IMG/VR virus record: IMGVR_UViG_3300044679_000029
Coordinates: 32,001 to 96,000 of that record
Source: an uncultured virus (IMG/VR IMGVR_UViG_3300044679_000029)
Taxonomy: Duplodnaviria > Heunggongvirae > Uroviricota > Caudoviricetes
DNA: 64,000 nucleotides
Reading direction: 5' to 3' (one strand)
The notes under the pieces are model-generated. The model saw only the letters and a program-made list of their open reading frames with translations, had not been told where the DNA came from and did no database searches. This document shows, in pieces, positions 6,937 to 17,425 of this stretch. Every line of letters begins with the position of its first letter. Within the stretch, counting starts at the first letter, position 1. The translations under genes and the position numbers were made by a program.

Positions 6937-8688
6937 ATGCCTTTATATACCGACGCAGTTCAAGGGAGCTTATTTCCCTCTAGTAACAGTCAACCCAATC
7001 CTTTATTTACTTATCTCCAGGGGTTTATTCCCAGAAAACTCAAGGACCTATTTAGGTGGTTGGAATATCTATCCTATAACTCAACGCATATCTATGCCGG
7101 ACTATATAAGCTCGCGGATTATTCGGTTACAGACGTTCAATACTTAACCGATTCCACCCAGGAAAAAACTCGGCATAAAGATTTACTTGAGAAGACGTTA
7201 CACATTAAATCGTTACTTAAAGCAGCGTCACGCGACCGCCTTATATACGGAAATAGTTTCATATCTCTATACATGCCGTTTATCCGCAATATGGTGTGCA
7301 CTGGTTGTAAGATTAAGCGCAATATAGATACTGTCGACTATAAGTTTAAGTGGAAGAATCTTACGTTTAACTGGCTTTGCAAGGAATGCGGCCAATCAAA
7401 CATGACTGGCGTCGACGATTTTGAGGATATCAAAGTCCCCAACCATAAGCGTATTAACGTTATCCGGTGGGACCCCAAGCTGATAGACATCGATTATAAT
7501 CCCCTAACCGGTGAAAGCACAATCTACTACACGATTCCAAAAGAAGTTAAGGAGAAGATTCGTGCTGGTAATAAGCATCTTCTAAATTCGATGCCTGTTG
7601 GATTTTTAAAGGCCGTCAAAGAAGATCGTCTATTTAAGTTCGACAGAGGTCAAGTCTTCCATATGAAGATCGATGCACCAGCCGGTATCGATTCTCAGTG
7701 GGGCTTCTCACCGTTACTAGCAACTATTCCTAGCTTCCTGTATGTGGCCGTATTACGTAAGGCCAACGAAGCCATCGCATTAGATTTCGCTGTACCTCTT
7801 CGTATTCTTCACCCGGCACAATCGTCTTCTAACGCTGATCCGGTGTCGACTATTAACTTAGGTAACTGGACTGAGAAGACACGCGAAAATATTCGTAAGT
7901 GGCGTCGAGACCCCTTGCACATCATGTTTGCGCCTGTGCCATTAGGAATAACTCAGATGGGTGGGACTGCAAAATTGCTCTTAACTGCAACTGAGATTCG
8001 TGACGTAGAGGATAACATTATTACTGCTCTAGGTATTCCTCGTGAATTTATTTACGGCGGGATGACTATGACCGGGTCTAGCGTAACACTACGCATGTTA
8101 GAGAACCAACTTCTAACTCAGACCAAAGATCTAGAAGACTTAATGGGTTGGATTGACGACAAGTGTGCGACATTCTTAGGGTGGGGTAAGATACATACTG
8201 AGCTACTGCCGTTTAAACTTGTGGACGATGTTGCGCAAAAAAATGTTCTAGTTCAAATTAATCAAGTTAAACCGATTATTTCTGATACTACAATCGCAGA
8301 AGTCTTCGGCTACGATCTTAAGAAAGAGCGAAAGCTTAGAATGCAAGAAGCATTGGACGAGGCGCGCTTCCAGATGGAAATGCAGAAGAGCGTTTCTGAT
8401 ATACAAAATAACCTTGGCCAGCAAGCACGGACACAAGCGGGATCCGCACCGCCATATAATCCTCAGCAGATTGTACAACAGGCTGATCAACTCGTACAAC
8501 AGTTATCGGGACTCGATCACGGTTCCCGCAAATCTGAACTAGATAAACTAAAAAAAGAAGACTTCGTTCTATACGCGGTAACAGCGAAACGTCTTGAGGA
8601 CTATAACAATACTCAAACTCAGGCAGCCAAAAGTCAACAAACAGGTGGCGGACAACCGGCACCGCAACCGTCGGGCGGAGCAAAGTAG
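6937..8688 (+). CDS. portal protein
   Basis: Portal-like layout (D.LIYGNSF, QVFHMK, WGFSPL, IITALGIPREF), Q-rich tail, 583 aa. Confidence 0.75.
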   Translation: MPLYTDAVQGSLFPSSNSQPNPLFTYLQGFIPRKLKDLFRWLEYLSYNSTHIYAGLYKLADYSVTDVQYLTDSTQEKTRHKDLLEKTLHIKSLLKAASRDRLIYGNSFISLYMPFIRNMVCTGCKIKRNIDTVDYKFKWKNLTFNWLCKECGQSNMTGVDDFEDIKVPNHKRINVIRWDPKLIDIDYNPLTGESTIYYTIPKEVKEKIRAGNKHLLNSMPVGFLKAVKEDRLFKFDRGQVFHMKIDAPAGIDSQWGFSPLLATIPSFLYVAVLRKANEAIALDFAVPLRILHPAQSSSNADPVSTINLGNWTEKTRENIRKWRRDPLHIMFAPVPLGITQMGGTAKLLLTATEIRDVEDNIITALGIPREFIYGGMTMTGSSVTLRMLENQLLTQTKDLEDLMGWIDDKCATFLGWGKIHTELLPFKLVDDVAQKNVLVQINQVKPIISDTTIAEVFGYDLKKERKLRMQEALDEARFQMEMQKSVSDIQNNLGQQARTQAGSAPPYNPQQIVQQADQLVQQLSGLDHGSRKSELDKLKKEDFVLYAVTAKRLEDYNNTQTQAAKSQQTGGGQPAPQPSGGAK

Positions 8689-8728
8689 CATTTGAAAGTA
8701 TTACGTACCACCAACAAGAGAGTAAATC

Positions 8729-9076
8729 ATGCCTCGAAGACCAAAAACAGATCCTAATACAGACTTCGCTAATTTAGTTAACGAGATTAGTAATGCTAAT
8801 ACTGAAATAGATTTGGCACCAGCGCACCCTACACAGAATCAATCGGCGTCATCTGACTTGCTAGACGACCATTTTACATACACGTGTAAGGTCGAGCGAT
8901 TTGAAATTGGTACCGATAATAGTAAATACGAACAATTAATGACGGATGGCGTAAACGGTAAGATTAATATTATTCGTGAGCGGTTTGTTGATACTAAGGA
9001 AGGCAAAACGTTTTGTGTCCTCGTGTATCTTGTTCCGAAGCCGAAGCTCCTGAAGCCTGCTCCTCCGCCGCTATAA
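8729..9076 (+). CDS. hypothetical protein
   Basis: Co-oriented ORF between portal and helicase. Confidence 0.7.
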   Translation: MPRRPKTDPNTDFANLVNEISNANTEIDLAPAHPTQNQSASSDLLDDHFTYTCKVERFEIGTDNSKYEQLMTDGVNGKINIIRERFVDTKEGKTFCVLVYLVPKPKLLKPAPPPL

Positions 9077-9091
9077 GATAAATATCAAATC

Positions 9092-10873
9092 ATGACAGCA
9101 ACCCTGGAATTAAAATTCGCAGGTGCACTACCTCTATTGTCTCTGCCAGCAAGCACGCCTGGTGCCGACAGAATCTTTGGGGCACAATTATCTAAAGATA
9201 AAACGAAATTTCTGTACCCAGGTTTTTTCCCACAGCATGAAATAGTTATTAGCGATATAAAAACCAGCGAATTGAACGTAATCATTCCTGAAAACGTGGC
9301 TAATCATATTACACAGGAGAGTAGTCATAAGGATCTAATTTTAGACCCAAACTTCCAATTTATCACTAAACCATTTGACCATCAAATTGAATCGCTAAAG
9401 TACTGCATTAGCCGGTTGCGTAGCGCACTTTTATTAGACTGTGGTTTGGGAAAATCTAAAGTCGCAATAGACATGTTGCGCTACCAAAAGTTTATCGGTA
9501 AGCCATGCAAGACTATTGTTGTGTGCCCGAAAACTGTGTTGTTTAGTTGGGAAAACGAGATAGCTAAACATAGCGGAAATGAACTAACAACTACTGTTAT
9601 AGATGGTACGCCTAAGAAAAAATTAGAGTTACTTAACAAGGATACCGACGTCTATCTTATTACATATAGCGCTCTAGCCAAAAAAGAATTTCTTAAAACT
9701 GTAATCGATATTATTCCCTATGATACAGTTATATTGGACGAGAGTCACAACCTACAAAGTCCGTCTTCGCAGAAGACTAAAGCGTGTTTAGCCCTATGCC
9801 AAAAAGCAGCCAGACGCGTTATTATGAGCGGGACCGTAACTTTTGGGTCGCCCATTCATCTATATGGTCAATTAAAATTCCTTGGTAATTTTCTAATACC
9901 GGAAGGCGATTCGTGGAAGTTTTGTAATCGATTCGTTAACTACGGACAAAAGTTTAATCATAAGGTTATTGTCGGATATAAGAATACTGACGTACTGGAG
10001 AAGCGCCTTTCCAGTGTTAGTGTGAAATACACGAAGGAGGTTTGCTTAGATTTACCTGAACGGTACATAATCGATGAGCCGTATCAGGTATCAGAAGAAC
10101 AAAAACAAGAATATAATGCATTCATAGAAGCGCCCATGCAAGAAGTTGCCTCGCGTTTAAACGTAAGTAATGACGCGGCGGCGGCAGTACGACTAATAAA
10201 GTTAACACAAATTCTATCTGGCTTTCGAATAGAAAGCAATAAAGACCATAAAATTTGTGATAATTGCGAGTTCGTAAATGGGTGTGTTGAGAATAAAATT
10301 CTACCGTATACCAACGATTGTCAAAAAATAAAAATATCTCCCCCAGACACAATTCATAAATATCCAAATCCCAAACTAGATCGAGCCGAGAACTTATTAA
10401 CTAGTATTCTCTCTGAGCCGACTTCAAAAGTGGTGGTATGGTACCATTACAAACTGGAGCTGGAGTCTATAGAAATGATGTTGCACGCCTTGGGCGTGCA
10501 GGAGATTATAATAAATGGCAGTAAAGATTCAAGAAGTATTAGAACTGATATTGAGCGGTTTGAAACGGATCCAGGAGTTAGGGCCTGCGTTTGCCAAGTT
10601 GGTTGCTCTAGCGGTTTCACTATTTGTAGAGCTAACTACGTTATCTACTACGGTGTAGATTTCTCGCTGGCTAACTACCTCCAGAGTATCGACAGGAATT
10701 ACCGCATCGGTCAAGACCGTAAAGTAATTTGCTATAGATTGTACGCACCAGGATCGGTAGAAGAATTGATCTTCAAAGCTCTAGATAGCAAAGAAGAAAT
10801 CAAGAACGCCCTTATGGGCAAAACCGAAGTCTCTGAGATGCTACGATATATAGTTAGACCGAAGCCGCTATAA
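9092..10873 (+). CDS. SNF2-like superfamily 2 helicase
   Basis: DCGLGKS, ILDESH, MSGT, QSIDRNYRIGQ motifs. Confidence 0.9.
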   Translation: MTATLELKFAGALPLLSLPASTPGADRIFGAQLSKDKTKFLYPGFFPQHEIVISDIKTSELNVIIPENVANHITQESSHKDLILDPNFQFITKPFDHQIESLKYCISRLRSALLLDCGLGKSKVAIDMLRYQKFIGKPCKTIVVCPKTVLFSWENEIAKHSGNELTTTVIDGTPKKKLELLNKDTDVYLITYSALAKKEFLKTVIDIIPYDTVILDESHNLQSPSSQKTKACLALCQKAARRVIMSGTVTFGSPIHLYGQLKFLGNFLIPEGDSWKFCNRFVNYGQKFNHKVIVGYKNTDVLEKRLSSVSVKYTKEVCLDLPERYIIDEPYQVSEEQKQEYNAFIEAPMQEVASRLNVSNDAAAAVRLIKLTQILSGFRIESNKDHKICDNCEFVNGCVENKILPYTNDCQKIKISPPDTIHKYPNPKLDRAENLLTSILSEPTSKVVVWYHYKLELESIEMMLHALGVQEIIINGSKDSRSIRTDIERFETDPGVRACVCQVGCSSGFTICRANYVIYYGVDFSLANYLQSIDRNYRIGQDRKVICYRLYAPGSVEELIFKALDSKEEIKNALMGKTEVSEMLRYIVRPKPL

Positions 10874-10907
10874 TGAGACGGAGGGTTGTATCAACCCTGT
10901 CTCACAC

Positions 10908-10936
10908 TTGACTTTAAGCAGTACAACGGTTATACT
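10908..10936 (+). promoter_or_regulatory. sigma70-type promoter
   Basis: TTGACT-17-TATACT. Confidence 0.7.
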
Positions 10937-10957
10937 AAAACACGAAAGGACGTTAAC

Positions 10958-11176
10958 ATGGCAAAAACAGAATTCAAGGCAGGGGACAAAGTCCACCACA
11001 AGACTGGTTCGCCACAGATGGTAATCGCCTCTATAAATAACGCGGGCGCAATTAGGTGCACGTGGTTCATCGGGTGGTATAGACAGGATGAAACATTTAC
11101 AGCAGCCGAATTGGAACTATCTGACCCTCGGGCTATAAATGTTGATACGTTGCTTGTTATGGAACAATTGGACTAA
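10958..11176 (+). CDS. YodC/DUF2158-like small protein
   Basis: FKAGDKV.HKTGSPQMVI...CTWF...F..AEL pattern; AAGGA RBS. Confidence 0.75.
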   Translation: MAKTEFKAGDKVHHKTGSPQMVIASINNAGAIRCTWFIGWYRQDETFTAAELELSDPRAINVDTLLVMEQLD

Positions 11177-11179
11177 TTC

Positions 11180-11677
11180 ATGCGTATTATATTATCTCCA
11201 GAAGACGTTAATCTCTACTTGTCTGAGATGCTTAACCAGGCGGGCATGACGATTGATGGTACGATCGAATGGACTTGGGATGAAGATGTTGGTCCAAGCG
11301 CGGTTGTAACTCTCGGAGCACCAAAGCCAGTGCCTGCTGCGGTGCCGCAACCATTTGTAGAACCACCGAAACCGCGCGTTGATAAGGTTACAGTTAAGTT
11401 ACCAAGTCGGCCTGTAGAAGAACTAGAAGAACTAACACTCGCCAATGTTGGCAACTTACCAGAAAGTAATACAGAAATGCCGAAGACAAAGAAGAAAACT
11501 CGTGGTCCAGGAAAGAAAACGCTTACTAAGCCGAGTTCACAACTTAATGTAACGCCTCGTGTTAGAGCGTACCAAGAAGAGGTAGCGAAGAATGCTAAAT
11601 TGCTGATTCACCCGCTTACGGGGGATGTGGTTAACGGGTCGGCTGCGTCGAGTACGGAATATCCTGCTAAGGAATAA
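11180..11677 (+). CDS. hypothetical protein
   Basis: Operon packing; Pro/Lys-rich linker. Confidence 0.65.
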   Translation: MRIILSPEDVNLYLSEMLNQAGMTIDGTIEWTWDEDVGPSAVVTLGAPKPVPAAVPQPFVEPPKPRVDKVTVKLPSRPVEELEELTLANVGNLPESNTEMPKTKKKTRGPGKKTLTKPSSQLNVTPRVRAYQEEVAKNAKLLIHPLTGDVVNGSAASSTEYPAKE

Positions 11678-12646
11678 ATGAGCGATAAACTGAAGGTATT
11701 TGGTAATGCTATAGAGCTTGCCGATACGCCAAAACCGACAACCAGAATCGCTTGGTTGGACGACATCGGCGGCGGTAATCCTTATCAAGATGGTGTAGAA
11801 AAATTAATTAGCGAAGGCAAGATTAAACGTAGCGAGTTTACTTTGCCGTTGCCGTATCTATCTGTGAGCCAAGTAGAACAATATTTGAAGTGCCCAAAAC
11901 AGTATGAATTTAGATATGTGAATGGAATCAAGTCTCCTCCCGGTATCGCGATGGTCCAGGGCAGTACAGTTCATAAAGGACTTGAGGCCGGCTATAAGTA
12001 CATGAAGAAAAATAAGATCGTTCCGCCGCTGGAAATGATTCTAGATGAATACTCTGGCGAGTTTACGAAGAATCTAACCGGCGATATTGTGTTAGGAGAG
12101 GGCGAGACCGAAGCTGCAACTAGGGCCCAGGGTGAAGCCTTAATCAAGAAGTGGCACGAAACTAAGGCACCCCTAATAAAGCCCGTTGCTATAGAATCTA
12201 AATTCATTGCCGAATTTGGTGGCGTGCCTGTAGTAGGTGCCTTAGACCTAATCGACCGTGTTGACATTCCATTGTCCGAATCGCAGCGTTGGGAAAACAA
12301 GACGGATGACAGCACGAATCCGATGCTTGATATGATCGTCGATAATAAGGTCGTGGCTAAGACGTATTCGCAGGCCGACGTAAACAATTCATTGCAAATG
12401 AGTTTGTATGCTTATGCTACTGGTATACCACGCCAACGATATGATTTATATGTTAAATCTAAAGTACCCAAACTCGAAGAAATGCTTACCGGCCGTGATG
12501 AAAAAGCTATTAAGTGGGCAGCTAAGATCTTTAATAATGTAGCACGACAAATTTCCCAGGGTAACTTTCCAGAATGTAGTCCATCGTCGTGGTGTTGTAA
12601 CGCCAAGTACTGCGGTTATTTTTATTCCTGTAGAGGTAAGGAATAA
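11678..12646 (+). CDS. Cas4/RecB-like PD-(D/E)XK exonuclease
   Basis: LSVSQ..YLKCP, GSTVH, G.LDLI, IVDNK, QMSLYA, C-terminal Cys cluster. Confidence 0.85.
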   Translation: MSDKLKVFGNAIELADTPKPTTRIAWLDDIGGGNPYQDGVEKLISEGKIKRSEFTLPLPYLSVSQVEQYLKCPKQYEFRYVNGIKSPPGIAMVQGSTVHKGLEAGYKYMKKNKIVPPLEMILDEYSGEFTKNLTGDIVLGEGETEAATRAQGEALIKKWHETKAPLIKPVAIESKFIAEFGGVPVVGALDLIDRVDIPLSESQRWENKTDDSTNPMLDMIVDNKVVAKTYSQADVNNSLQMSLYAYATGIPRQRYDLYVKSKVPKLEEMLTGRDEKAIKWAAKIFNNVARQISQGNFPECSPSSWCCNAKYCGYFYSCRGKE

Positions 12647-12763
12647 AAGATATGGAAAGCCCCGCGGCTGGTTATGCAACGACCACAATAATGCCCTAGG
12701 TAAACTCGGTGATAACGTTACTGGTGTAGAAGCAGTACTAAATTATTTAGAAAGATACAAATA

Positions 12764-13330
12764 ATGGGTCCATTACAATATTTAATAAATGCGTTGATTA
12801 GTATGTTTAGTAAGAAGCAGGTAGTTGATGAGAACCCACTAATTACTACTGCCCCACCATCTGACTCCCCAAACGGAGTACAGTTAGACGCGCTCATAAC
12901 AAAACACGAGGGTATTCGTCTAAACGTGTATAAAGACCAATACGGCAATCCGACTATTGGGATAGGACACAATCTCAATGCTTCACCACTTCCGGTGGGA
13001 TGGACAACGCCATTAACGGTTCAACAGGCGCAATCACTATTACAGAATGACGTCTGTGTTGTTGGTGACAAACTATCGGCCTCGTTATCGTGGTTCGAGG
13101 AGCTTGAAGACTCAGATCAAGTTCGTGCAGCTGTGTTAGTGGACATGGGCTTTAATATGGGTGTCGCAGACTTACTGACATTCAAAACGTTCTTGTCTCT
13201 GGTATCAGCAGGCGAATACGACAAAGCAGCAGATGATTTAACGAATACGTTGTGGGCGAAGCAGGTGCCTGTAAGAGCAGCCGAAGATATACAGATGATT
13301 AGAACTGGGCAGTGGCCCGAAGGAATTTAA
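12764..13330 (+). CDS. endolysin, T4-like/GH24 lysozyme
   Basis: HEGIRL.VYKD..G.PTIGIGH; VDMGFNMG; WAKQVP.RA. Confidence 0.9.
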   Translation: MGPLQYLINALISMFSKKQVVDENPLITTAPPSDSPNGVQLDALITKHEGIRLNVYKDQYGNPTIGIGHNLNASPLPVGWTTPLTVQQAQSLLQNDVCVVGDKLSASLSWFEELEDSDQVRAAVLVDMGFNMGVADLLTFKTFLSLVSAGEYDKAADDLTNTLWAKQVPVRAAEDIQMIRTGQWPEGI

Positions 13331-13677
13331 TGTCTAAAAAGATAAAGACCAAAAAAGAAAGAATTAATTGTGCTGTGTCATTAGCCGATTGTGGTGACCC
13401 AGATCAGTGGAGTGGTGATTTTTCGAGATTGCCGCCAAATAAGGTATATAACCTAAGAATCGATTACCCGTGCACACCAACGATCTTCGCTATCAAGACA
13501 GGTAAGAAGGGCCTTAGTCTGATAAATTTGATGCACAAGATAATCCTTTCATACGGTAAGATTTACGATAATGTCGATAAATACAACGTATGGGGACACG
13601 ATATGGACGACTTGGTTATTGCTGAAATAGAGGTAAACCATAAAACTAAGACTATTAGTCTTGGAGTTGATTCATAA
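13330..13677 (+). CDS. hypothetical protein
   Basis: TAATG coupling to lysozyme; AAGGA RBS. Confidence 0.65.
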   Translation: MSKKIKTKKERINCAVSLADCGDPDQWSGDFSRLPPNKVYNLRIDYPCTPTIFAIKTGKKGLSLINLMHKIILSYGKIYDNVDKYNVWGHDMDDLVIAEIEVNHKTKTISLGVDS

Positions 13678-13847
13678 TGATCGAAAAACTAGGCGTCGTA
13701 GTAAATCCAGAACCCGATAAGACGGCATCGTCTGAATCGGAAAAGACTTGTCCGAATTGTTTGATTCTATTAAGCACTGATACGAATGTTAAGTGTTGCC
13801 CAAATTGCGGGACTAACCCCTTCGAAAGCAGAGATGAATCTAATTAA
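13677..13847 (+). CDS. small Zn-ribbon protein
   Basis: CPNC...CPNCG; TAATG coupling; 56 aa. Confidence 0.6.
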   Translation: MIEKLGVVVNPEPDKTASSESEKTCPNCLILLSTDTNVKCCPNCGTNPFESRDESN

Positions 13848-14671
13848 TCTAAATCGAGTAAGTCATCTGATGAATTAATCCCATTATATTCGAGATATTT
13901 CTTAATCTGTGCTAGTGCCCGAAGCTTTATTTGACGAACCCTCTCGCTCGATATGCCCAGCACCGCAGCTATTGATTTTAAACTTAAGGGAGGGTCAGAC
14001 ACCATTCCCATATATCCCATTATGACAAAACGCTCCCTTACAGGGAGCATACTAATAACGTACTCCATATAAGCCGCGCCCGACCGGTTTGTCACTGAAC
14101 GCTCTATGTTTTCCTCGTTGGCTGGCGCGTGAACAAGAGCATCTATTGAGCAAACTTCCACGTGTTCGGCCAAGAGCCTCTCAACCTGTTTCACTGACAT
14201 GCCGGTCGATTTCGACAGTTCAAGTGACGTAGGTTCGCGACCAAGCTCTTTGCGTGACTTCTGTAAAGTATTATTGAGCTTACGTAAAGCCTTCTTGCGA
14301 CCAAGCTGTATGGTCACGACGGAGTTTTTATGTAACTCTTCGCGTATGCTTAACAGAACCCACCAAGCAGCATATGATAACAACCGTGTACCGTGGGTAG
14401 TCTCGTACCGGTCGAGGGCGATCAATAGCCCTTCGTTACCTGCTGATATCAAAAGTTGTTGTAAGTCGAAGTTCTGTCCAGCATAAGACCGCGCGACCTT
14501 AACTACGAAACGAAGTCCAGATTCTATGAGTCTCCGCTTAGCATCCAAATCGCCAGTTTTCTTATATAGCCTGAAAAGCTTCTTCTCTGTCTTAGCGTCT
14601 AAGATGATTACTTTTGACAGGTCATTAGCGTATATAGCAGCACTGTCGATTGAATTAAGCGGTTTCGGCAT
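13844..14671 (-). CDS. RNA polymerase sigma-70 family factor
   Basis: LIESGLRFVVKVARSY, GNEGLL.A.DRY, LSYAAWW, GREPT, LGISSERVRQI. Confidence 0.92.
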   Translation of the reverse strand: MPKPLNSIDSAAIYANDLSKVIILDAKTEKKLFRLYKKTGDLDAKRRLIESGLRFVVKVARSYAGQNFDLQQLLISAGNEGLLIALDRYETTHGTRLLSYAAWWVLLSIREELHKNSVVTIQLGRKKALRKLNNTLQKSRKELGREPTSLELSKSTGMSVKQVERLLAEHVEVCSIDALVHAPANEENIERSVTNRSGAAYMEYVISMLPVRERFVIMGYMGMVSDPPLSLKSIAAVLGISSERVRQIKLRALAQIKKYLEYNGINSSDDLLDLD

Positions 14672-14738
14672 ATGGTAGGACCTCAGGATTTCAGTTAGTT
14701 ACGGCTGTTCATTGAAGTTATAATGGGTATGTAATAGT

Positions 14739-14900
14739 TTGTCAAGTAAATATAAATGTAAGAAGTGCGGCATTAAAAAGAAACACAACAGATTTCCTAT
14801 AAAGTACGATGGAACTGGCAGAATGTCGACTTGTTATAACTGTCAAGACCAGAAAGTAATAGGTAAATTAATTGAAACTCACCTGTCCAAAGTGTCCTAA
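14739..14900 (+). CDS. Zn-finger mini-ORF resembling an HNH endonuclease N-terminus
   Basis: CKKCG..K....F....G....CYNC; TTG start; no catalytic domain. Confidence 0.4.
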   Translation: MSSKYKCKKCGIKKKHNRFPIKYDGTGRMSTCYNCQDQKVIGKLIETHLSKVS

Positions 14901-15057
14901 ACACCACCAGAAAACATTCACCGGCGAAGCTCTAAGTTCAGAATACTGGACAATGGATAAAGATGGTGAATGTGTTAATATGGATGGCGGTGAAGTATAC
15001 AAACCACCAGAAGTCTACTTCTGCGATGTATGTGGTACACAAGCTGAGAAGTCTTAA
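14872..15057 (+). CDS. small Zn-ribbon protein
   Basis: CPKC...CDVC. Confidence 0.55.
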   Translation: MKLTCPKCPKHHQKTFTGEALSSEYWTMDKDGECVNMDGGEVYKPPEVYFCDVCGTQAEKS

Positions 15058-15287
15058 TGTATATCCTAACAGTAACATACACACCCGAAGAACTACCCGA
15101 CTATGAATTTGATGTTAGCCTGGATGATTTGGTCGGTATCGAACATAAATCATGTAACTTTAAAAATGGTATTCGCCAGATTTGTTGGCGGTTTGAATCT
15201 GAGAAGCAAGCGAAGTCGGCAAGCCGAAAGCTTAAAAAGTTCGATTCGCCGTTGAAGTTAAAAGTAGAAGTTTGTGAAGAAGAATAG
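15057..15287 (+). CDS. hypothetical protein
   Basis: TAATG coupling. Confidence 0.6.
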   Translation: MYILTVTYTPEELPDYEFDVSLDDLVGIEHKSCNFKNGIRQICWRFESEKQAKSASRKLKKFDSPLKLKVEVCEEE

Positions 15288-15316
15288 TTGACAAGCAACA
15301 CTAACGCAGTTATACT
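15288..15316 (+). promoter_or_regulatory. sigma70-type promoter
   Basis: TTGACA-17-TATACT. Confidence 0.75.
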
Positions 15317-15333
15317 GTAACACAAGGAGCAAC

Positions 15334-15591
15334 GTGGATAATACAAAGCAATTAACATACGAAGATATTAAGAAGGTTGAATACAAGTTATACGTACTAG
15401 GTTCGTTATTAGCCGATAAGCTTGAAGAGGCAGACGGCGAAGGTATAAGTTTAACTTGGGCGGAGACACAAGTAATAACAGATAGCATCTGGGAAAGCCA
15501 TGAGCATCTAGCTTCATTCGATCCTGTCAAGGTTATCGTAGACCACGACCACATTGAACCGGTTAAGCTTAAGCCTGTAAATAACAACTAA
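15334..15591 (+). CDS. hypothetical protein
   Basis: AAGGAG RBS, GTG start. Confidence 0.65.
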   Translation: MDNTKQLTYEDIKKVEYKLYVLGSLLADKLEEADGEGISLTWAETQVITDSIWESHEHLASFDPVKVIVDHDHIEPVKLKPVNNN

Positions 15592-15680
15592 AGTAGTTGC
15601 ATTTTTCCACCGAAGCATTATACTGTAAGTGCGACCGATGTTGTCTCGCATTACTAAATAACTAAGGAATAAATTAAAAT

Positions 15681-16511
15681 ATGAGTTCAGAAATCGTAAA
15701 ATTATTCAAGTCAGCAGATATCACTGTTCCATCCGATGCGATGGATAAGTACACTACACTGTTCAAGCAGATGACTGGTGAGAGTACCTCTATTGCTCTA
15801 TCAGAAGTCGGTAGTACCTGGCGCCCGGCGCAGTTAAAGCTAGTGCATCCAGTCACCGATGATCAGATGAAGCCAGACTCCGCTAAGACTGGAGATTTCT
15901 ATTGGACCGGTGGTCTAGTAAAGCGTCCACTACACGTTCTCGTTGCTTATGCGTATCCTACGCGCGCACGATTCCTCAAGGGTGTAGACAAGTCACCGTC
16001 TTGCCGTTCGGAGAACGTAGACATGAAGGGACGTGGTAAGTTTGATAAGTCAAAGTCCGTGTATGGTGATTCATGTGCGGCCTGTCCTTATAACGACCAG
16101 CCGTTTACTAACGGTAAGCAGACTAATTGCGTAGACCAAATGAATGTTGTTTTAGTTCCCGAGGATCTTAGTACGGTCTTCATCATGACGTTTAAGTCGT
16201 CTTCCGCGCAGATTGGACGTCGACTTATCGATATGATTCGTAGCACACCGAGTCCGTGGAGCCGGTTCTACGCTATTGATAGCGAGACCAAGAAGCGCGA
16301 CACTGGTGGTGTGTACGCTGTTCCTACTGTCACACCTGTAGCCGATAAGGCAGTTCCTGCACACCTAGCTAAGTTCGCTAGTGATATTGTTTGTGCTCAG
16401 GTTCATTCGGCTCGTCTGGAAGCTAAGGATATTCAGCTCCAACGCCAAGAAGCGGTCGCATCTGTTCTTGGTAAGGTTACTGACGAAGGTTCCGTCCGAG
16501 ATAGTATGTAA
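15681..16511 (+). CDS. putative ssDNA-binding/replication protein
   Basis: Located before nuclease and polymerase; P.C.S, C..C, C pattern typical of phage OB-fold SSB-like proteins. Confidence 0.5.
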   Translation: MSSEIVKLFKSADITVPSDAMDKYTTLFKQMTGESTSIALSEVGSTWRPAQLKLVHPVTDDQMKPDSAKTGDFYWTGGLVKRPLHVLVAYAYPTRARFLKGVDKSPSCRSENVDMKGRGKFDKSKSVYGDSCAACPYNDQPFTNGKQTNCVDQMNVVLVPEDLSTVFIMTFKSSSAQIGRRLIDMIRSTPSPWSRFYAIDSETKKRDTGGVYAVPTVTPVADKAVPAHLAKFASDIVCAQVHSARLEAKDIQLQRQEAVASVLGKVTDEGSVRDSM

Positions 16512-16519
16512 TAATCAAT

Positions 16520-16550
16520 AGTATAAACGAGAGCATCTCTCGTCTATACT
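16520..16550 (+). terminator. hairpin after SSB-like gene
   Basis: AGTATAAACGAGAG-CAT-CTCTCGTCTATACT. Confidence 0.45.
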
Positions 16551-16594
16551 GCACAGCTATATTATGAGCGAAGCATACTACAGCGGACTAAAAA

Positions 16595-17425
16595 ATGTCT
16601 GATATATTAAAGAAATATGCCCCCTGGAGCTTATCAAAAGCACAGATGGCTAGTCAATGCACTCTTAATTTTAAGTTCACATATATAGATAAACTACCAA
16701 GGCATACCACCACCGGTTCAGCAGCACGGGTCGGTTCGGCGGCGCATAAGTGTCTCGAACTTTTACTTAAGGGTGAAAATATAAATCGTGCAATAAACGT
16801 TGGAGCGGTCGATAACAAATTAGTCTATAACGAAATTGAAGAATTAGCATGCATGAAAGACGGCATGCTCGATTTTATTAATCGACTAGCCAGGTGGAAG
16901 TCTACTCACCCCGTCGAGAAACAGTTCGTCGAAATGAAGTTTGGTATCAATGAAGATTTTAAGCCAACTGGGTTCTGGGATAAGGACGCCGTATTCCGTG
17001 GCGCTTTCGACCTTGGAATGAAAACACAGAAGAACGGGTTGGTTATTATCGACCATAAGTCCGGAACAGAAAAGGCCATATCGGCCTATAAAGACCAGTT
17101 AAATTGCTACGCTCTATCCGGGCAAATTCTATTTCCAGAAATTACTGGTGTTGACACAGCGGTTCATTATATTCAGTCTAAAAATATTGTCTGGGGTGAC
17201 TACATCCCCTCCGAAAAAATTAAGTCTGAGCTATTTCCGTGGCTTGTTGCATTTCTTGAGCAAGCGACTTATAACGTAGATAGTGAAATAGCGAAACCAA
17301 CAAAGGGTTGGTTCTGTAATTTTTGTAGTTATAAACCGATTTGTCCCGCCTGGAATGATACCAAGGTTGCAACCCCAATTGAAGCCGACGTCCCACTAGC
17401 AAAAAACGATCCCTCAAATATATGA
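16595..17425 (+). CDS. second Cas4-like PD-(D/E)XK nuclease
   Basis: WSLSK...QC, GSAAH, RGAFDL, IIDHKSG, QLNCYA, CNFCSYKPICP. Confidence 0.85.
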   Translation: MSDILKKYAPWSLSKAQMASQCTLNFKFTYIDKLPRHTTTGSAARVGSAAHKCLELLLKGENINRAINVGAVDNKLVYNEIEELACMKDGMLDFINRLARWKSTHPVEKQFVEMKFGINEDFKPTGFWDKDAVFRGAFDLGMKTQKNGLVIIDHKSGTEKAISAYKDQLNCYALSGQILFPEITGVDTAVHYIQSKNIVWGDYIPSEKIKSELFPWLVAFLEQATYNVDSEIAKPTKGWFCNFCSYKPICPAWNDTKVATPIEADVPLAKNDPSNI

